From Pavona decussata (Eukaryota): a stretch of 64,000 nucleotides of DNA. Below, piece after piece: positions 1 to 14,738 of this stretch. The translations under genes were made by a program, and so were the position numbers. Within the stretch, counting starts at the first letter, position 1. The number at the start of each line of letters is the position of its first letter. The notes under the pieces are model-generated. The model made no database searches. It saw nothing but the letters and a program-made list of their open reading frames with translations, and was not told where the DNA came from. The stretch spans positions 434,001 through 498,000 of the forward strand of contig CDRNST010000191.1 in assembly GCA_977016875.1 (NCBI GenBank), given 5' to 3'.

Positions 1-2888
1 CTACCGCCTGCTACGAGGGCCAAGGTGACTCAAAGATGGCAGTGTGTGCTTCCACCGCCGGATCATACTTTAGACGCAATTATTGCAAGATTAAAGTATC
101 GCCCACCACATCCTCCTCATTGACAATTCTTGAAATACTCAATTCATGCACGCGCGCCATTTTAGATGTTAACCAAAACTACAGGCGTAGCGCAAAAGCC
201 ACAAACGTTTTGCTAAGTGCAAGGACTCCAGTGAAAATAGTTGGCTAGATCCTTGATATTTTCTTTCCTTTTAAAGTACAAAGAATCAGACATATTTGAT
301 CTGTATACAGGTCCGTGCTAAAAGTGATTTTTTTTCCAGGCGACTTGGTTGTTGATCGGTTTATTAATCATCATTAGTTAGGTGAAATGAATTATTTTCC
401 GGATTAATAAAAGGATTACCGAAGGACTAACAGGAATTCCTGGCCTATTCATTCTAGGAATCTTTTTGTGTATATCTCGCTGTGTAATAAAACGGCAGTG
501 TGTCATCTGTGCTTTAATGTCTTAAAGTTTGTTTGTTTGTTTGTTTGTGTTTGTCTGCACTTGGTTGACGGTAAGTAACCAAGAATGGAGGTAAAACTTC
601 GCCTGTTCGGGCCTCGTTGGACATCTACTGATATCACATCCAACGCGTGCTCGTGGAATAATTGTTAATTATCCCCCAGAATGCGGGGAACTGACGACAT
701 CCAGCCAGTGAAGCTGGATGAGACTAACCACGGTAAGGCCTCAGAAAAATGAACTTAGATAGACCCCGAAAAACCCCAACATCGGGAATGTCGCCCTCTC
801 CTCCTCCCCCCCCCCCCCCCCCTCCTCTAAAAAAAAGAAGCGCGCGTACGCGGGTGGTTATCGCGCTTTAAAAATTTTGCCATGCATTTGCCGATAAAAG
901 TCGACAAATTCTGCTGGAAAAATTAACAAACGTACGAAAAGTTGAAAAAATAGCAACTTCCTTATTTGCCACTGTACAATTTACATCTCTCAGGTGATCA
1001 AGTGTGAGGGGTTAAGCAATCATTAAAATATCAAATCAGTTTATAGAAATTATTTGTCATCATTGGCTTATTTCCAAGAATAGAGGATTTCACTGTGAAT
1101 AGATATATTATAACAGACATTGATCCTATGATTTAACAATTGCCAAAAATAATGTTAAAATCATTTGAGCTATTTTATTTATAATTGCATAGTAAAGTAA
1201 TTCCAGCTAATTTCAACATGCGATAACCAAAAACACGTGTTACAAACGTTTGAGCAAAGCTACAGCACTTTTTAAATGCAAATTTTAACCTCCAGCGACC
1301 AGGTGCTTGATTAGAAAGTGTTCCAAAAAAAAATAGCAAGGAGTGAAATTTTGACAACGTACTGACATTGTTTGTGATTATCCTCGACCGTAAGCCACAG
1401 ACCCGGTCTAAATATGCGAGTGACACAAATAATTACACCACAGATAAAATGCATACTAATGAACACTAATGAAAACATGGCCACCGTGAAAATGTACATG
1501 TTACAAACAAATTGTCGCCACATTTTTATTTGCATGAATCAACGCGATCGATTCTATCCACCAGCCAATCAGAGAACTGTATCAAGATTCACGTGATGTG
1601 TCGAAGCGCGGTTTTCAAACTCCTCGCTTTAATTACAAATTTGGCAAATAGCTCAGCGCTTTAGCAATGGAAAATGGCGGCAGCCAATGTTCCTTCTTCA
1701 TCAAAAAGTATTAATGGAGAAGTGCACTGTTCTGAACAACCTGAAGACAATTATGGAGGAAGGAAAGTTCGAAAGAAAGGAAGGTAACTACATGTAGTAT
1801 CTGCTATCTTTCATTTGATGTTCGGTCAATCACGTAAGTTAAACGGCATATTTGAATCATGTGAATGTTCCGCGAACTTGCTTTCTGTGAGATATTTCTC
1901 GGGAGCATTGATTTTCTTTACGTTTACGATAAACATTTTGCTTTGGAAAATACCAGACGAGTGTAGGGTAGAGTACTCAGAATCAAGATTTTTTCTTTAA
2001 TTCGGAAAATGTTTGACAAAACTCGAGGGGGGTGAAGAGTATGGCTGTGGATGTATCATCTAGTTTAGACCTAATACAAACGTTATATTTCAATCCACGT
2101 TCTGGATAGAAAATAAATCATTACTCTGTTGAACGTTTAGTGACATTCACCTTTCTAAGGACGTCAATATAGTTGTGGATATTACGGCACTTGTTAGACA
2201 TTTGTTATTGAAAATTCGCGCGTCTCCCTTCGCAGATTCACTTAAAATTCTTTAATAAGTAACCCCCGAACCATGAGCTTTGAAAATTGCCGTAAAAACT
2301 CGTAAAAGTTTAAAAAAATTCAATTCGATTTAAATTTCCTATTCAGCTTCAACAAATGTATCATCTTCTGACATTTTTGCGTCAGTTCTACCGCGGGCAA
2401 GTTGCAAGGTACCGAGCAAGAAAAGCAATTTTTTTCAAATGCCACGTCATATAGTTTAATTTGATGCAGATTGCCTATTTCTTAAGATGAAGAACTAAAT
2501 ATTTCAACTTAACCTTACTTAGTTTTGGTTTGTTGAACAAATTATTTTAATTTTGGAGGAACGAGTGAACCAGCTTATCATTGCTTCTTTTTTTCTATCA
2601 GCATAAATTTTGTGACGTTTTCTTTAAAGGTATTTCAATACAGATTTTGAGGGACCGTACCTCGATTCAGTCAACCGGCTATTTGGCAATATTCTCCGAT
2701 AACAATCGACGTGAAATTTACACCAGTTATTTGTTTTGACTTAACGTTTATCAGCATTAATATTTTAATAACATCGGTATTTTATTATAATGAGGACGAC
2801 AAACGAAAAATCTCGAAATCGGGAAATCGTAAATTTTGTGTTTTGTGCGGTCCTGATTTGAATAGAAAAAAATAATATCAAAATACTA

Positions 2889-2941
<53 letters not shown>

Positions 2942-4259
2942 ATTTATATCATTATTATTATTATCATATTAATATTATTTTTATTTGTAGCTTTCCTTGA
3001 CTTCCTGATGACTCACCTCAACCAGCTTTCCATCACAGTATGTCTAATACAATGTGAACAGCCAGCACCACCACAGCATCCCCAATGAATAGCCTCAGGA
3101 CCGCAGTACGCAGTGATGCTATGCACAAATCAACAATAGACCACAGTGATCCCACGCACAAATCAACAACAGAGCCACAGCTTACCTCAAGCTTCAAAGT
3201 ACCCAGTCAGGTCAGACCACCGCAACTGATCCCGTTCAGTTGGTTTCTACCGCCTTCCTGCCAGCACTGACCCACTCTCAGCTTCGCCTTGACCACTCAA
3301 GACAAAGAAAACATCTTCAGTATGGGCAGGAGCCATTGGTCAGTCTTTTCCTTGTGGGTTGGGAATAGGGGGTTAAATAACAGCTCTGGATGAACCTTAC
3401 AAAGCACACTTTGTGCACACACGTTCGGCCAGAAGTCAGCAGACTTCATATTCGGCTTAACGTAACTGTACTAATTATTAGTTAATGGGTCCCCTTGGGT
3501 TGGATGGTTTTTTCCCCAAAGCTCCCATTAGGCTCCCTGTGGGTTCCTTTCCATGTTATTCGGTCAGTTGTCGAAATTAGGCCAAATTTTTCTTCGAGTT
3601 TTTCGGCTTCAATTCGACATTTTCGGAGCACTTCGTCGCTGCCTTTACCATCTTCTCTTTCGTCGTCGTCGTCGTCGTTGTCGTGGTCATCAGTTTGGTG
3701 GCAATCACCCGCTTAGTTGCGCAAAAGCAAATTTGATATGACACACTTCACTTGACAGCGTGAGCGCGGTTTTTAAGTGAAGCTTTCTTCCGTAAGGTTC
3801 AATCAGACATTTATTTAAAACAATGCTAGAAAACTAGAGGCTATGGGCCATTCAACCATTGTAAGGAGACCTTATTTGGCCACTCCTCACAGGTTTAGTG
3901 GTCTCTCTTGTTACAGGTATATAGTTACTCAGGCTCGCAAGTTTGGAGGGTAATAACCTCTTCAGGTCAGGCGCGCCACTGGCGTGCAAAAACATCAAAA
4001 GCAGATCCTTCTGACGCATGGTTCCGTAAAATATAAAATAGGCCCCTGAAATAGGCACTAAAATTCGAGAAATTAAAGAGGTTATAGTCTACCACCAAAT
4101 CTGGGAGCGTAGCTTAGTGTCAGGAAAGTCATGACTCAGTAGTTAGCCGGGATATAATGGGACAACGCACACACGCCAGTTTAGATCGTTTATACGAATC
4201 GTAAGCGTACTTAGTCTTCGAGACCAATCTACGGCACAGAATCATTTGACAAGCCACTC

Positions 4260-7200
4260 ATGGCAACAGGTACGTAGGTTCACCGCGTGATACAACCACG
4301 AAGTTGTATCACGCTGGAAGATAACATCAATCTCGGACCGTTGCTTAAACCGAACCGTGGTTCTCTGGTTGTACAGTTTTGATCTCAACGTCGGGTACAT
4401 CGTAACGTTTTCGTAAGAGAAAGCAAAGGTCTAGGATAGGTGTTATCTTCTAAAGTTAAATATAAAAAGTTCGGTTCTAACTTCGATATTTTCGCTTCGA
4501 TTTGGCTTCGGCTGTCGAATTCGGCTTTCGTTCCGCTGGACACTTCCGAGAGCACGGGTGAAGGCGCAACGCCCCGCCGGGGGACCCTGGGGAGTTCCTC
4601 TCGTAAGTGTCAGGTTTTATGGACACAGGAACTCACTTCGGTTTCTCTTGGCACTAAATTTTTTATGTAGGAGCGCGTCCCTTCCGCGATGTTCTTCGAT
4701 ATGGAGCTATATTAAGGTGTAACTTATGAGATTTTAAAAATAAATCTACACAAACTAAACTGTGTCCTGTGTCTTTATTTTAACTTAAACTAAACTTAAA
4801 CTAAGTAGATTAAAAAAAAATTAATCTACCGTAGCAAACAAAACGGTGTCTTGTGTCTTTATTTTAACTTAAACTAAGCAAAAAATACTAACGGCAAAAT
4901 TTTATTTCAGGGAAAATGCTAACCCAATGATTTTGTTTCAGAAAAGAAGTCCACTATTTTTTTCTCCGATAAAACCTTTTTTCGACAACAACGATGGCTC
5001 GGAATCCTCTTTCTCTTTTTTTCTCGCCTCTTCCTGGACACAAAATTTTTTTCACCGACGTCATAAAACCTTTTTTCGACGACAACGATGGCTTGGAATC
5101 CTCTTTTCTTTTTTTCTTCGCCTCTTCTTGGACACACAATTTTTTTTTTCACCGACATCACAAAACCTTTTTACGATGACAACGATGGCTTGGAATCCTC
5201 TTCCTTTTTTCCTCGCCTCTTGGACACCTCAGACGACTCCCATCGTTATTTGCCATACGCATATCAAGAATATTGCACGAAGGTGTTATATAGGTTTGTA
5301 ACAGCTCAATTATATCATTAATACTAAAATATACAAAAAAAAGCTGCTTGTGTCTTAATCATGTCTATTTTACATTCAAGAACTTTAATTGTTTTAAGTA
5401 AGAACATAAATTACTAAAAAGTAACACATTGTTATCAAAATATACAAACAATAAAACCTTCAGAAATGGAAGCTGCCAGAGTGTTTTATTCGCGTCTGGC
5501 GTTGTTTTTCCACAACTAACGTTTTAGTTTCAGCTCTTCATTTTTTCACATTCCTCAAAGGATGCGCTTTCTTTTCTCTTTTAACCATCATCGAACCTCG
5601 TAGACATATCTGGTCAAGACTACATCAGCACATCTGAAGTCGAATGGCAAAGAGGTGACGGCAAATTTCAAGGAAAAACGCACTTTTTTATCGAAGCAAT
5701 CGACGCTCGTTGGCACACTGCATTGATAACCATCGAAGGACAAGGAAGAGAGGAAGATAGCAGGTCTAAAGACGAAGAAATCAGTGAAGAAAATAGCCGA
5801 ACATATGCATATCATTTGCCAAGAACAGTTTCAGAGTTGAGGTCAGGTAAGCCTTGTTCTGTGTTTTGTTCTTCATTCTAACAGTGTATGGCATACGTTC
5901 ACTTTTTAGTTCACAGTGAGTGCAGGGCTCCAATGCTGAACAGCCATGACACCAGGGAAATCCTCAGACAAAAGGCAATTCAGAAACGGCATTGTACCTC
6001 AAAGGAAAACCGTAAGTACAATTCCATAACAGTCAAATTCGAAAATAGAAAAAAAAAAAAAAACAAAAGAAAATACCAGCGATGCACAATCTGCGCACCT
6101 CAGTGGGATTTAAACCCAAAGGCCAGTCAATGTTTGCTCTGGTTTAAGTTTCCTTTCGCCTTATCTAGTACAAAATACACTGTGGAGGTCAACAATACTT
6201 AGAGTAAAATCTGTGCATTGACTGGAATTAAAACCAATTGAAATCTCAATCCTTAATGACTTACGCCAACTTAAGAGTTTTATTTCATGCACTTACATTT
6301 GGGTCACAATTCTGGAGATGATCAGCTAAAGTCAAGAGTAAAGTCTGCGCCTTGAAAAGTTTTTTTCTTTTATGAGGAAATCTCCGCAGTTGGAGTCAAC
6401 AGAGCCCAGAGTAAAATCTGCGCCATGAATGAGATTCAAACCCAATGACTTAAACTTAGGTAATTTATCTTACTTTAGGTAATCAGCGCGCCAGAAGTCA
6501 ACAATCTGCGCCATAAATGGAATTCAAACCCAATGACTTCAGAAGTAACTTTACGTAATTTATCTTACTTTTGGTAATCAGCGCGCGAGAAGTCAACAGA
6601 GCCCTTAGTAAAATCTGCGCCATGAATGGGATTCAAACCCAATGACTTCAAAATTAACTTTCGTGAATTTATGGTACTTTGGGTAACCTGCGCGGAGGAA
6701 GTCACCATTGACTAGATGAAGTTAGGTTTCACTCATTTTACCCTACGTGTTTACCTTTTCAGCGCGCCAACATGAGGAAAGAATATCTACGTGGAGTGAA
6801 CCTTGTGAAAAGGCTTGGCGTTTACTGACGGAATAACAAGAAGGAAAGACGGCGGTATCATGTCAAACAGTTTATCAGACGTTGAGTTTATCAGACGTTT
6901 TTGTTCGGTATGTTCAGTAAGCTACTTAGGGAAATAATGAAACAAATGATTCTGTTAGTTTGATGAGTTTTGCTAAACCCTTATTGTTGAATCACGAAGG
7001 AGATTAATTGGTCAGAGATTGAAACAGCAAAGATGTTCAGTTGTATATCGAATCATCTTAAGAGCAGTTGATTTTGTTTTCTATGTTAAGCGTTATTTTT
7101 TTCAGTAAATTCCTTATCCTTAACCTGGTGATGCAGTTCGGTTCTAACTTCGATATTTTTGCTTCGATTTGGCTTCTCGATATTTTTTCGGCTGTCGAAT

Positions 7201-7473
7201 TCGGCCTTCGTTCCGCTCGACACTTCCGAGAGCACGGGTGAAGGCGCAACCCGGGGTAATTCCTCTCATAAGTGTCAGGTTTTATGGACACAGGAACTCA
7301 CAATCAGATTAATTACTTGGCCTTTTAGTTTTTGTGCCTTACTGTTCTGTTGTTCTCTTCATTTAGTACAAGCTGCAGCTTCGGATACACACACTCAACA
7401 TTGGTCGACTTTCAGTATTGAGAATTATAGCACCCCAGGCCGACTAAATGGATTTACTAACATCCCTGCTTAA
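4260..7473 (+). CDS. Candidate short spliced ORF (119 aa, MATDISGQDYISTSEVEWQ...FTNIPA) on a multi-exon transcript
   Basis: Exons 4260-4269, 5604-5846 (81 open codons, phase 1-1) and 7367-7473 join in frame. Further exons with strong splice sites lie at 7934-7999 and 8298-8424. No homology recognised. Confidence 0.4.
4468..4636 (+). repeat. Dispersed direct repeat, copy 1 (copy 2 at 7135-7301)
   Basis: agttcggttctaacttcgatattt...ggacacaggaactcac is near-identical in both places apart from short indels. Confidence 0.85.
4970..5228. repeat. Minisatellite, ~95-bp unit x ~2.7
   Basis: aaaacctttttt-cgac.acaacgatggct.ggaatcctct...cgcctctt..tggacac recurs at 4971, 5065 and 5162. Confidence 0.85.
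6088..6710. repeat. Degenerate tandem array (~70-135-bp units, ~6 copies) containing a tRNA T-arm-like motif
   Basis: aatctgcgccat.aatg.gattcaaacccaatgactt...gtcaaca is repeated; its reverse complement contains GGGTTTGAATCCC. Confidence 0.7.
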
Positions 7474-9173
7474 GGTAAGCGTCTAAAAGAAAAGGCATGC
7501 ATTAAACATTTTTAATTTACAGATATGATAAGCATTTGTTTCCTGGAATAATGTTTGTGTCAAGATGTCGAATCAGGCAAGTAGAACATACAGAATCATT
7601 AACGGATTATAGAATCACCTGTCCAATTCCTTTTTCAATCCCGTATGTCCTATTTCCGATGTTTCACTAAATTGCTTTTGTTCTCAACCGAAAGAAGGCT
7701 AAGTCCAAATATTTCAGATGTATGGGGAGAGATACTCTAAGGGGAGTGTACGTTCCCAAACAACAGTTTCTAAAATCATCTCTCTGCCAACTCCACCCTT
7801 TTCAAATAACAAAAAAATCAAATGATCAAACAAGGAATAGTATTATACGACCTACTAAAGTCGAAATCGATTTCAAAATTAGTACGAGTTTTCTTCCCAT
7901 GAATACTCAAATCAGTTGTATTGTTTTCCTCAGATTCACAGTGTCCACCCTGCTGGTTTCCTGCTAGCTACTGATCTGTTTGCATTCTTTCCAGCGAAGG
8001 TAAGCTATTGCCGCATAGAGAATGACCTGGTGCTGTTTTTTCGAAGGCCTGTTAATACTAATCCACGATTAAAAGTTAACCGAGGTTTTCATCTCGCTCG
8101 TTTAAAGCGGCTTTCAAAATCTTTCGGAAGCCGCGAACTCGAAACATGACACAACTTTAGATTTGACGCTGATTCCATGGCGACAAGGGGAGGAATCTTA
8201 TCTTTATCCGCCTTGAAACAACGAATTGTTCAGAATAATATGATGTTGATACACGAACTTGCAACTAATTTTCGTATTTTTTGTCATTTGCTTTCAGTGC
8301 ACGGAAGTATATCAGCTACTGCATTCAGCATGGGAGAAAGTTTCAACTGGCTCCCACAAAAGTCAAGATTCTGTATTAAACGACGAAGCAGCTTTCATCC
8401 TAGTTTAATGTAGGAATCGAAAAGGTAAGCATCCTACGCAACTTAAAATTTCAATTCTTATAAGTGATAGGAAATCAAGATCTAGAAAAACCAGGAGTGC
8501 CGTCGGAATGATTACGCCTCAAATTCCAGAGTCTCCTAAATATTATATTTTACCCTACCGCAAGTGCAACGACTGAAAGGACAAAATTTGTACCTTGCGT
8601 CAAACTAATAATTTATTTGGGATTTTAGTTAAATATAGTAAAGGGCTTTACTTCATTTCAAATTGGAGCGACTCAAAACCTGTTCCCTGCTAATAATTAT
8701 AGAAAGCAACGGTTCACGGGTACTTAGAAAATCACGTTCGACGAGCAAAAAAGAAAGAGTCATTTCACATTTCACCTCCTAACATAGAAATTTAAATGTG
8801 GCAAAACACCCCACATATACTCTCGTCCTTTACGTTAGTTTTATTTTTTATGTGTTAGGCTTGTTAAGGACTTTGCATTCAAGACTGCAGTATAAAAAGA
8901 AGCTGTTTCCACCATCATGATTGGACAAAAAAGCTGTTACATCGTCGAGGATAAAGAATGGGACTGGCCAATAAGATGTCTCCAATAAGATGTGTCAAGG
9001 TTTATAATAATTGTAATTCTATCTAGATTAATTGTAACCCTTTTACTGCTCACAACAATTAAATTAAACCTCGAACAGCTTTTGAGTCCTTGGATAAAAT
9101 GAGAACTTTCTACTATGAGCTACAATAAAAGTTGCAATTTCTTTTCTGAGGTTTTCAATAAGTGAACGTAAAC

Positions 9174-9363
9174 AATAGGACATTTTCATTATGGCGTCAC
9201 TTTACTACAACTACCAGAATCCTTCTGGTTTTTCTTTTCTCATGCTAGTTAGAGCTATTGTTCTTTGCTGTTCACTGGGATTACAAAATTTGAATTTGAA
9301 AAGAAAAACGAAATGAATTCTGGTAGTTGTAGTAAAATGACGCCATCATGAAAATGGCCTATT
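9174..9363. mobile_element. Palindromic MITE (AATAGG.CATTT...AAATGGCCTATT termini)
   Basis: About 45-bp imperfect terminal inverted repeats. Confidence 0.7.
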
Positions 9364-11807
9364 TCCAGGTCATTAGTGATGGAAGGTTTTTTTTGTAGTT
9401 TGAGATGATTGTGAAAATAAGAAGAAGGAATTCGGGCACAGCAAAGCAAAAGAACTTGTATTCCATAAGCCGACGTTTGTTAGCGACCATCTGTGCCACG
9501 ATTATTACCGACAACCTAACCATCTGTACTCCACTCACTATTCGGAGATTCAAAATATTTAGAAAATTAAAGATATGTCATGGATAACCAAATGCATTCA
9601 CTGCTTGTCTCTTCTACCAAAGAAGATAAAAAGATTGGGTGTTAAATTATTATAAATTATTTATGAATTTGTGCATGAGATTACCTGTGCTTCAAGGAGA
9701 TGCTGGTTTACCCTACTCACTCCTCCCCCCCACCCATATCCTGGACCGTTTATAAACATGAGATCATTGAGGTCATTTAACCATCATTAGCTACTCCTTC
9801 AAGTTCCATCATAAGTTTATGTACATGAGATCATTATTCTATTTTTATTTTCTCCCAATCATGTGGTCATAATCCCTCACCTTCATATTGCCAGTGGATT
9901 ACTTCAAATTAAATGGATGATGCCGCTCTTTCATGTGTCGGACAATTCTACAGTTATCGTTATTGGAACGCTTTTATCAACCGTTTTTTTCATGTTGAGC
10001 TATGAGGAAAATATGGGAGGCTTCTTGATCTTGTGAGTGAAAGGCTTAGCGCAGAAAGACCTTATCAGCATCATATTCATGAGTTTATGTACTTCACAAG
10101 GACATTTTGCTCTAACGGCCTTTCACTCACATAACCTGTATAAACACAGGTACACTAGCGAGCTGGCATTATTCATTTTTAATTCATGAGTTTTAGTCCC
10201 TCATAATCACGGTCAAAACAGGAAGATGTCCATAGCGTCCTCCCTTGGCGTTTTCTTGAGGTACTGGCAATCGAAGCGCTTCAGAACTTGTAGAATTTAA
10301 TTTGGCGAAGTCAGTGGTTTTATACTTGGAACTCGTTGACTTATTAGACTGGCTTTGTATGTATAGGTTACCTTGATTATTGAATATCTTTTGCACATCA
10401 AATTGGACTAAATTGTTTTGGCCAGCAGCTGGTTTTTAATTTGTTTTATTACCGTTACCGTGTGGTCGCTAACAAAGGTTTTACACGGAACCTCCCAGAG
10501 TCAAAGCTCATTTCTTCTTAATAGCGATTAACTTTGCTCAATAGTTGTCAAATTGAAATTTGGTTTGGACGTGTTTTCGGGTTTTCAATTTAACTCTCGG
10601 GAGTTAAAAGGTTAAGTCAGCAGCTGATTTGGAAACATATTTTGTCAAAGAGAATATTAGAAAGGCTAATTGTGGCAGAAAAAGAGCAAAAGCGATGAAA
10701 ATACACATAAGCCAGAGAGGGGTGAGAATAAGTCGGATAGAAATCATAAGAGAACATCGAGAAAGATTTTTAAACAAAAGCACAATCGTACAACTTTTTT
10801 TCTGCCAAGGTACGAAAACTTTACCTCAGTTTTACTCTGCGGTTGTTAGCAGATTATTTTGAAAGACATTTTATTTTTGGGAATAGTATAGTCGTGTAAT
10901 TTAGTGAATTGGTGTTGGATACACTTACATCCCTGTAGACAAAATACCACGCGTTGTGTAATAGCCTAGAAACTTGAGGTTAATTAATTTGCGCAACCAC
11001 ACATTGGTATTCAGTTTACGACTTTTCTTGTGCAGCAGAATTTGATGAGAAAAAGGATTTCAAGAAGATGCTTAATATTGATGGAATAGTTCATATTTTA
11101 ATCTAGATTTTCTGCCAATCTCGACCTTGCCAGGGAATGCTACTAATTAGGAACAAAGGATTAGAGCTTACCTGTTTGTTGATGCAATGTTGTAGTGATG
11201 CTTTAAAACCCGTTTATTTCCTCATTTTTAATAATCGCAATACGTTGAGTGAGTGAGTGAATTGATCTTGCACCTATGACCGCGACCGCGTGAAACATTT
11301 CTACAAGCTCAGAAAACATCTCCTTTCCTCTTTCAAACATCATAATTAAGGTATCATTAGAACAAAGCGTAGTGTTAGAGTATGATTGTTGACACTGTTT
11401 TATGACTAGCAATATTGGTGTTCGCCGTATGGATTTTTTCTGTCATAAATTAAATAAAGTTTTATTATTTACAAGATGAAGACCAATGTATGTTGAAGGC
11501 ATTATGTATTTTGCTTATTAAAATCTCGTTGAAGAGGAAGGGAAAATTTGTGTATACAAAAATAGCGCACTTCTAATTTAGGGTTTCTTTACTTGTTATT
11601 GACTCAATCTACTGATAGAAAAAGACTTCCAAAAACTCGCAGTTTCCGGATTCTTTCCCGCCTTTAAATTAAAACTCAAATTATGAATGAATTGAAGTAC
11701 GAGTGAAATACAGTTTCGGATAGATGTTTAGTGACCTTGGAACACCTAAATTCTTCTTAATTTGCTTTTGAACTGAGCTGATACTGAAGTAACCAAATAC
11801 ATATACG

Positions 11808-11869
11808 TTATTGACCAAGCGTGAGGTCAAGATGGCTGGATATTGGCCAAGTTCTTTTTTTGCGTTTTA

Positions 11870-11903
<34 letters not shown>

Positions 11904-11910
11904 CAAAAAA

Positions 11911-11945
<35 letters not shown>

Positions 11946-12929
11946 AAGCTTGGTCAATAAAGGATTTATTATATGGCTTTACCATGAAGTTAAAACTACA
12001 ACAACAAAACAAAACACGGCACGAAACTGCTCTACTCGGAAAGAAATTCTTCATAGCCGGCCGGTGCAAGATTTATTTTCAGTGCATTTTTGGATTAGCA
12101 TGTAATCGTGGAAAACAACGAATCCTAAATTATCTTAGGGCTCTAACTTTATAATGGTTTAAAGGGAGTATACAATTATTGAGAACGAAAAATTTAGATT
12201 CTCGCAAGAACGGGAAGATTTGAATAGAATCCGGCAAACTCGCCATTTTCAGCCGATCGCGCGGTGGCGTAAATAATAAAAATTTTTACACAGTTTTCGG
12301 CCTCCAATCATTAATTCTTGAATGAAACAATAGATTTTGAGATTATATGCAAACATAAGCCGAAAAAAAGAGCAGGTAAATCAGAAAACAGGGCGAAACT
12401 TTGACAAGATTTTGTTGTTTACAACAAGCAAGACGCGGCTAAATTAAAAACGTGAGCTTCTTCGGCGAACTTAAAAAAAATACTTTTCTGAACTGCTTTA
12501 AACACTAACCGCAACTTCCACTACGCTATGATTTAAATACAGTCATTGCAAACCTAGAGAACTTATCAATTTGGCACTGGACTTGAGACAATAAGTTTTT
12601 GAAAACCAATTCTATCTAAAATACTACACGCAGAGCAACTCACCGATTCAACTCACATTCATTGTAGCTGAAACAAAGTTTTCACTACCGCCAGGACGAT
12701 TCCATTCTCTTTCCTTTCCTTTAGGTAAATGTTGAGAGTTTACCGAACTTTTTAGTGAGCGTTTTCCACCAAAACAACGGGAAAATCGAAGAAAACCCGC
12801 ATTGTTGTTGGGATTAACCTTTCGATGCCAAGCGGACGGGCAACGGGTAATCCCGAGCGGGGGGGGTAGCCAATCACAGCGCAGGATTTGACTCATCTTG
12901 CCCGCTCGCGGAGCCAGCCATATAATAAA
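11808..12929. mobile_element. Non-autonomous element with terminal hairpin and internal inverted repeat
   Basis: About 150-bp palindrome at 11808-11960; tttattatatggct (11965-11978) is inverted at 12916-12929. No coding capacity; class not assignable from sequence. Confidence 0.6.
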
Positions 12930-14738
12930 CCTTAACAAAGCAACAGTAAACTAATCCAGGAGGCGTTCTAGGTGTTCCAAGCCAATTTGAAATATTCACT
13001 AACCGAGCTTTCCCTTTTTTGATACCTTTAAGTTTTACATGGAGCTTCAGTGCGAGACAATTGTACGCTGTGAGGTTGGTGTAAGAAGTTAAGATCAGGA
13101 TTGAGAGTGTCAGTAGGGTGGAAGTTAGAATTTAGTCTCAGAGTTAGGGTTGAGGCTAGAAATTATGTCAGGATTTAGTGTTAGAATTAGGGTTTGTTAG
13201 TTATCATGGTATGAAGGTACTGTTGCTAGGTTTAGATAGCTGTCAGCGCAGTTCCCCGAATTGTTTAGAACAAAATTGAAGAGGCGACCGTGGCCATCGA
13301 CCAAATTCAGTTAAGAATTCTAGCAGTGATTTTGAGGCTTTGAAGTATTAGCTAAAATCGGGACCAAAAAAATCAACAAAATTGCTAGTACTAAAACCTT
13401 TCGTGGAAATTTTCATTGTATAAAACAAATTTAAAGAGGTAATATAAAACAGATTCGGGGAGAATATTAGTTTCATGTTTATATAACCTGACATACTGCC
13501 TTCATCATCCGTTATAATTAGCCAAAGTTTTTGATATCGTTTTTGATATCGTTTATTAAAATAATTTCACTGGTCTTAGAATGCGAGCAAGTCGTCTTCT
13601 TTTCCTAATTTACTTAGAACGAGCTGGATTTGGGAGGGAGTGTGGTGAGACCACGAGCCTCAAGATACTTCGTAGGGGGAGATTGCTCAAATCCGTCCTT
13701 TTTTTTCTGCCGAATTGAACAATTAGTAGATTTCGGTTTGCTTGTATACTCTTTGGGGAAAAATGGCGACTGCTCGCAGGCTACCACTGCTTGTAAATGT
13801 ATTGTATTTTGTCTTGGCGGATCTAAAATGTAATGGCTATGACAGACCTTTCATAATTTACCCCACAGGATCTCGGTATGGAGTTAATAAACTCTTTGTT
13901 ATAAACCGGATAGTCGTAATCCATTTATCTATCTTACCCCCCCCCCCCCCCCCATCAATTTTCAGCTTTCATTTTATTATGGGATTTTCCCGTTCACTTC
14001 ATTTGGTGCACCTGCATTTAATTGGTTGCTTTGGGCTTTTGGGGTTTTGCATGAGGAACAAACAGTGTTTATAGCCTGAGTCATATTTCACGTCGTTGTA
14101 TGTTCTGTAATTGAATTGAATCGTGTGACTAAAACTCTCATGCGCACAGTCAATGCCGTTTAGTGGTGCCCGATGTATTAAGTACTTGCGATCATAAAGA
14201 ACAAGGTTAAAATAGTTGCATGTACCTGAATACAAAAGTAGTCCGATCTTGTTTACCATTGCTTGATCAGAACAAAGTTAGCTTCCAATAGTTTATTCTC
14301 ATCAGTCTTAACTTTAAGAGGTACTGTACTTCATAGAGACATAGTATGCTTAAAACAGGGGTTATATAGTGTTGAAAGATGAGACGAAATAAAAGACTCA
14401 TTTTTATGAAATACTGTAATTGTAATTTTCGCACTTGAGTTTTGCCTTGAGATGTTTTTACATTTAATCATATCCAAACGGTGTTGAGTTTTTATTCCAA
14501 ATAAAAATAATGATGAAATTAATTTTTGTGTTTTTCATTTCTTTACCTGCATGGTTCGATGAGCGAGAATATGACAAGAATTTTCTTACTGGGGATTCTT
14601 TCTCTCTGAGAAAGAAAGGTGGTTCTAACTTTTACGTCCATGGATAAAACCAGTAGACGCAAGGGGCGTACACACGTCGAACGCAAATCCTAGTAGAATG
14701 AGATACGCACGCGCATTTCAAAATCCCAAGATGGCGGC

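Noticed and set aside
1674-1783. Possible first coding exon (aaaATGGCGG...AG|GTAACT, MAAANVPSSSK...)
   Set aside because: The nearest acceptor (2991) gives an immediate stop. An in-frame join to 16245 is possible but unsupported, so it was not annotated.
4919-5321. Five overlapping ORFs on both strands
   Set aside because: Products of a ~95-bp minisatellite with T/A runs; no protein-like signal.
6088-6710. CRISPR-like array
   Set aside because: Eukaryotic context, degenerate repeats, related rather than unique spacers, and no cas genes.
9895-10149. Exon-like stretch with a long frame interrupted by one TGA (selenocysteine or readthrough?)
   Set aside because: No recognisable homology, no SECIS seen, and no clear link to a gene; consistent with non-coding sequence.
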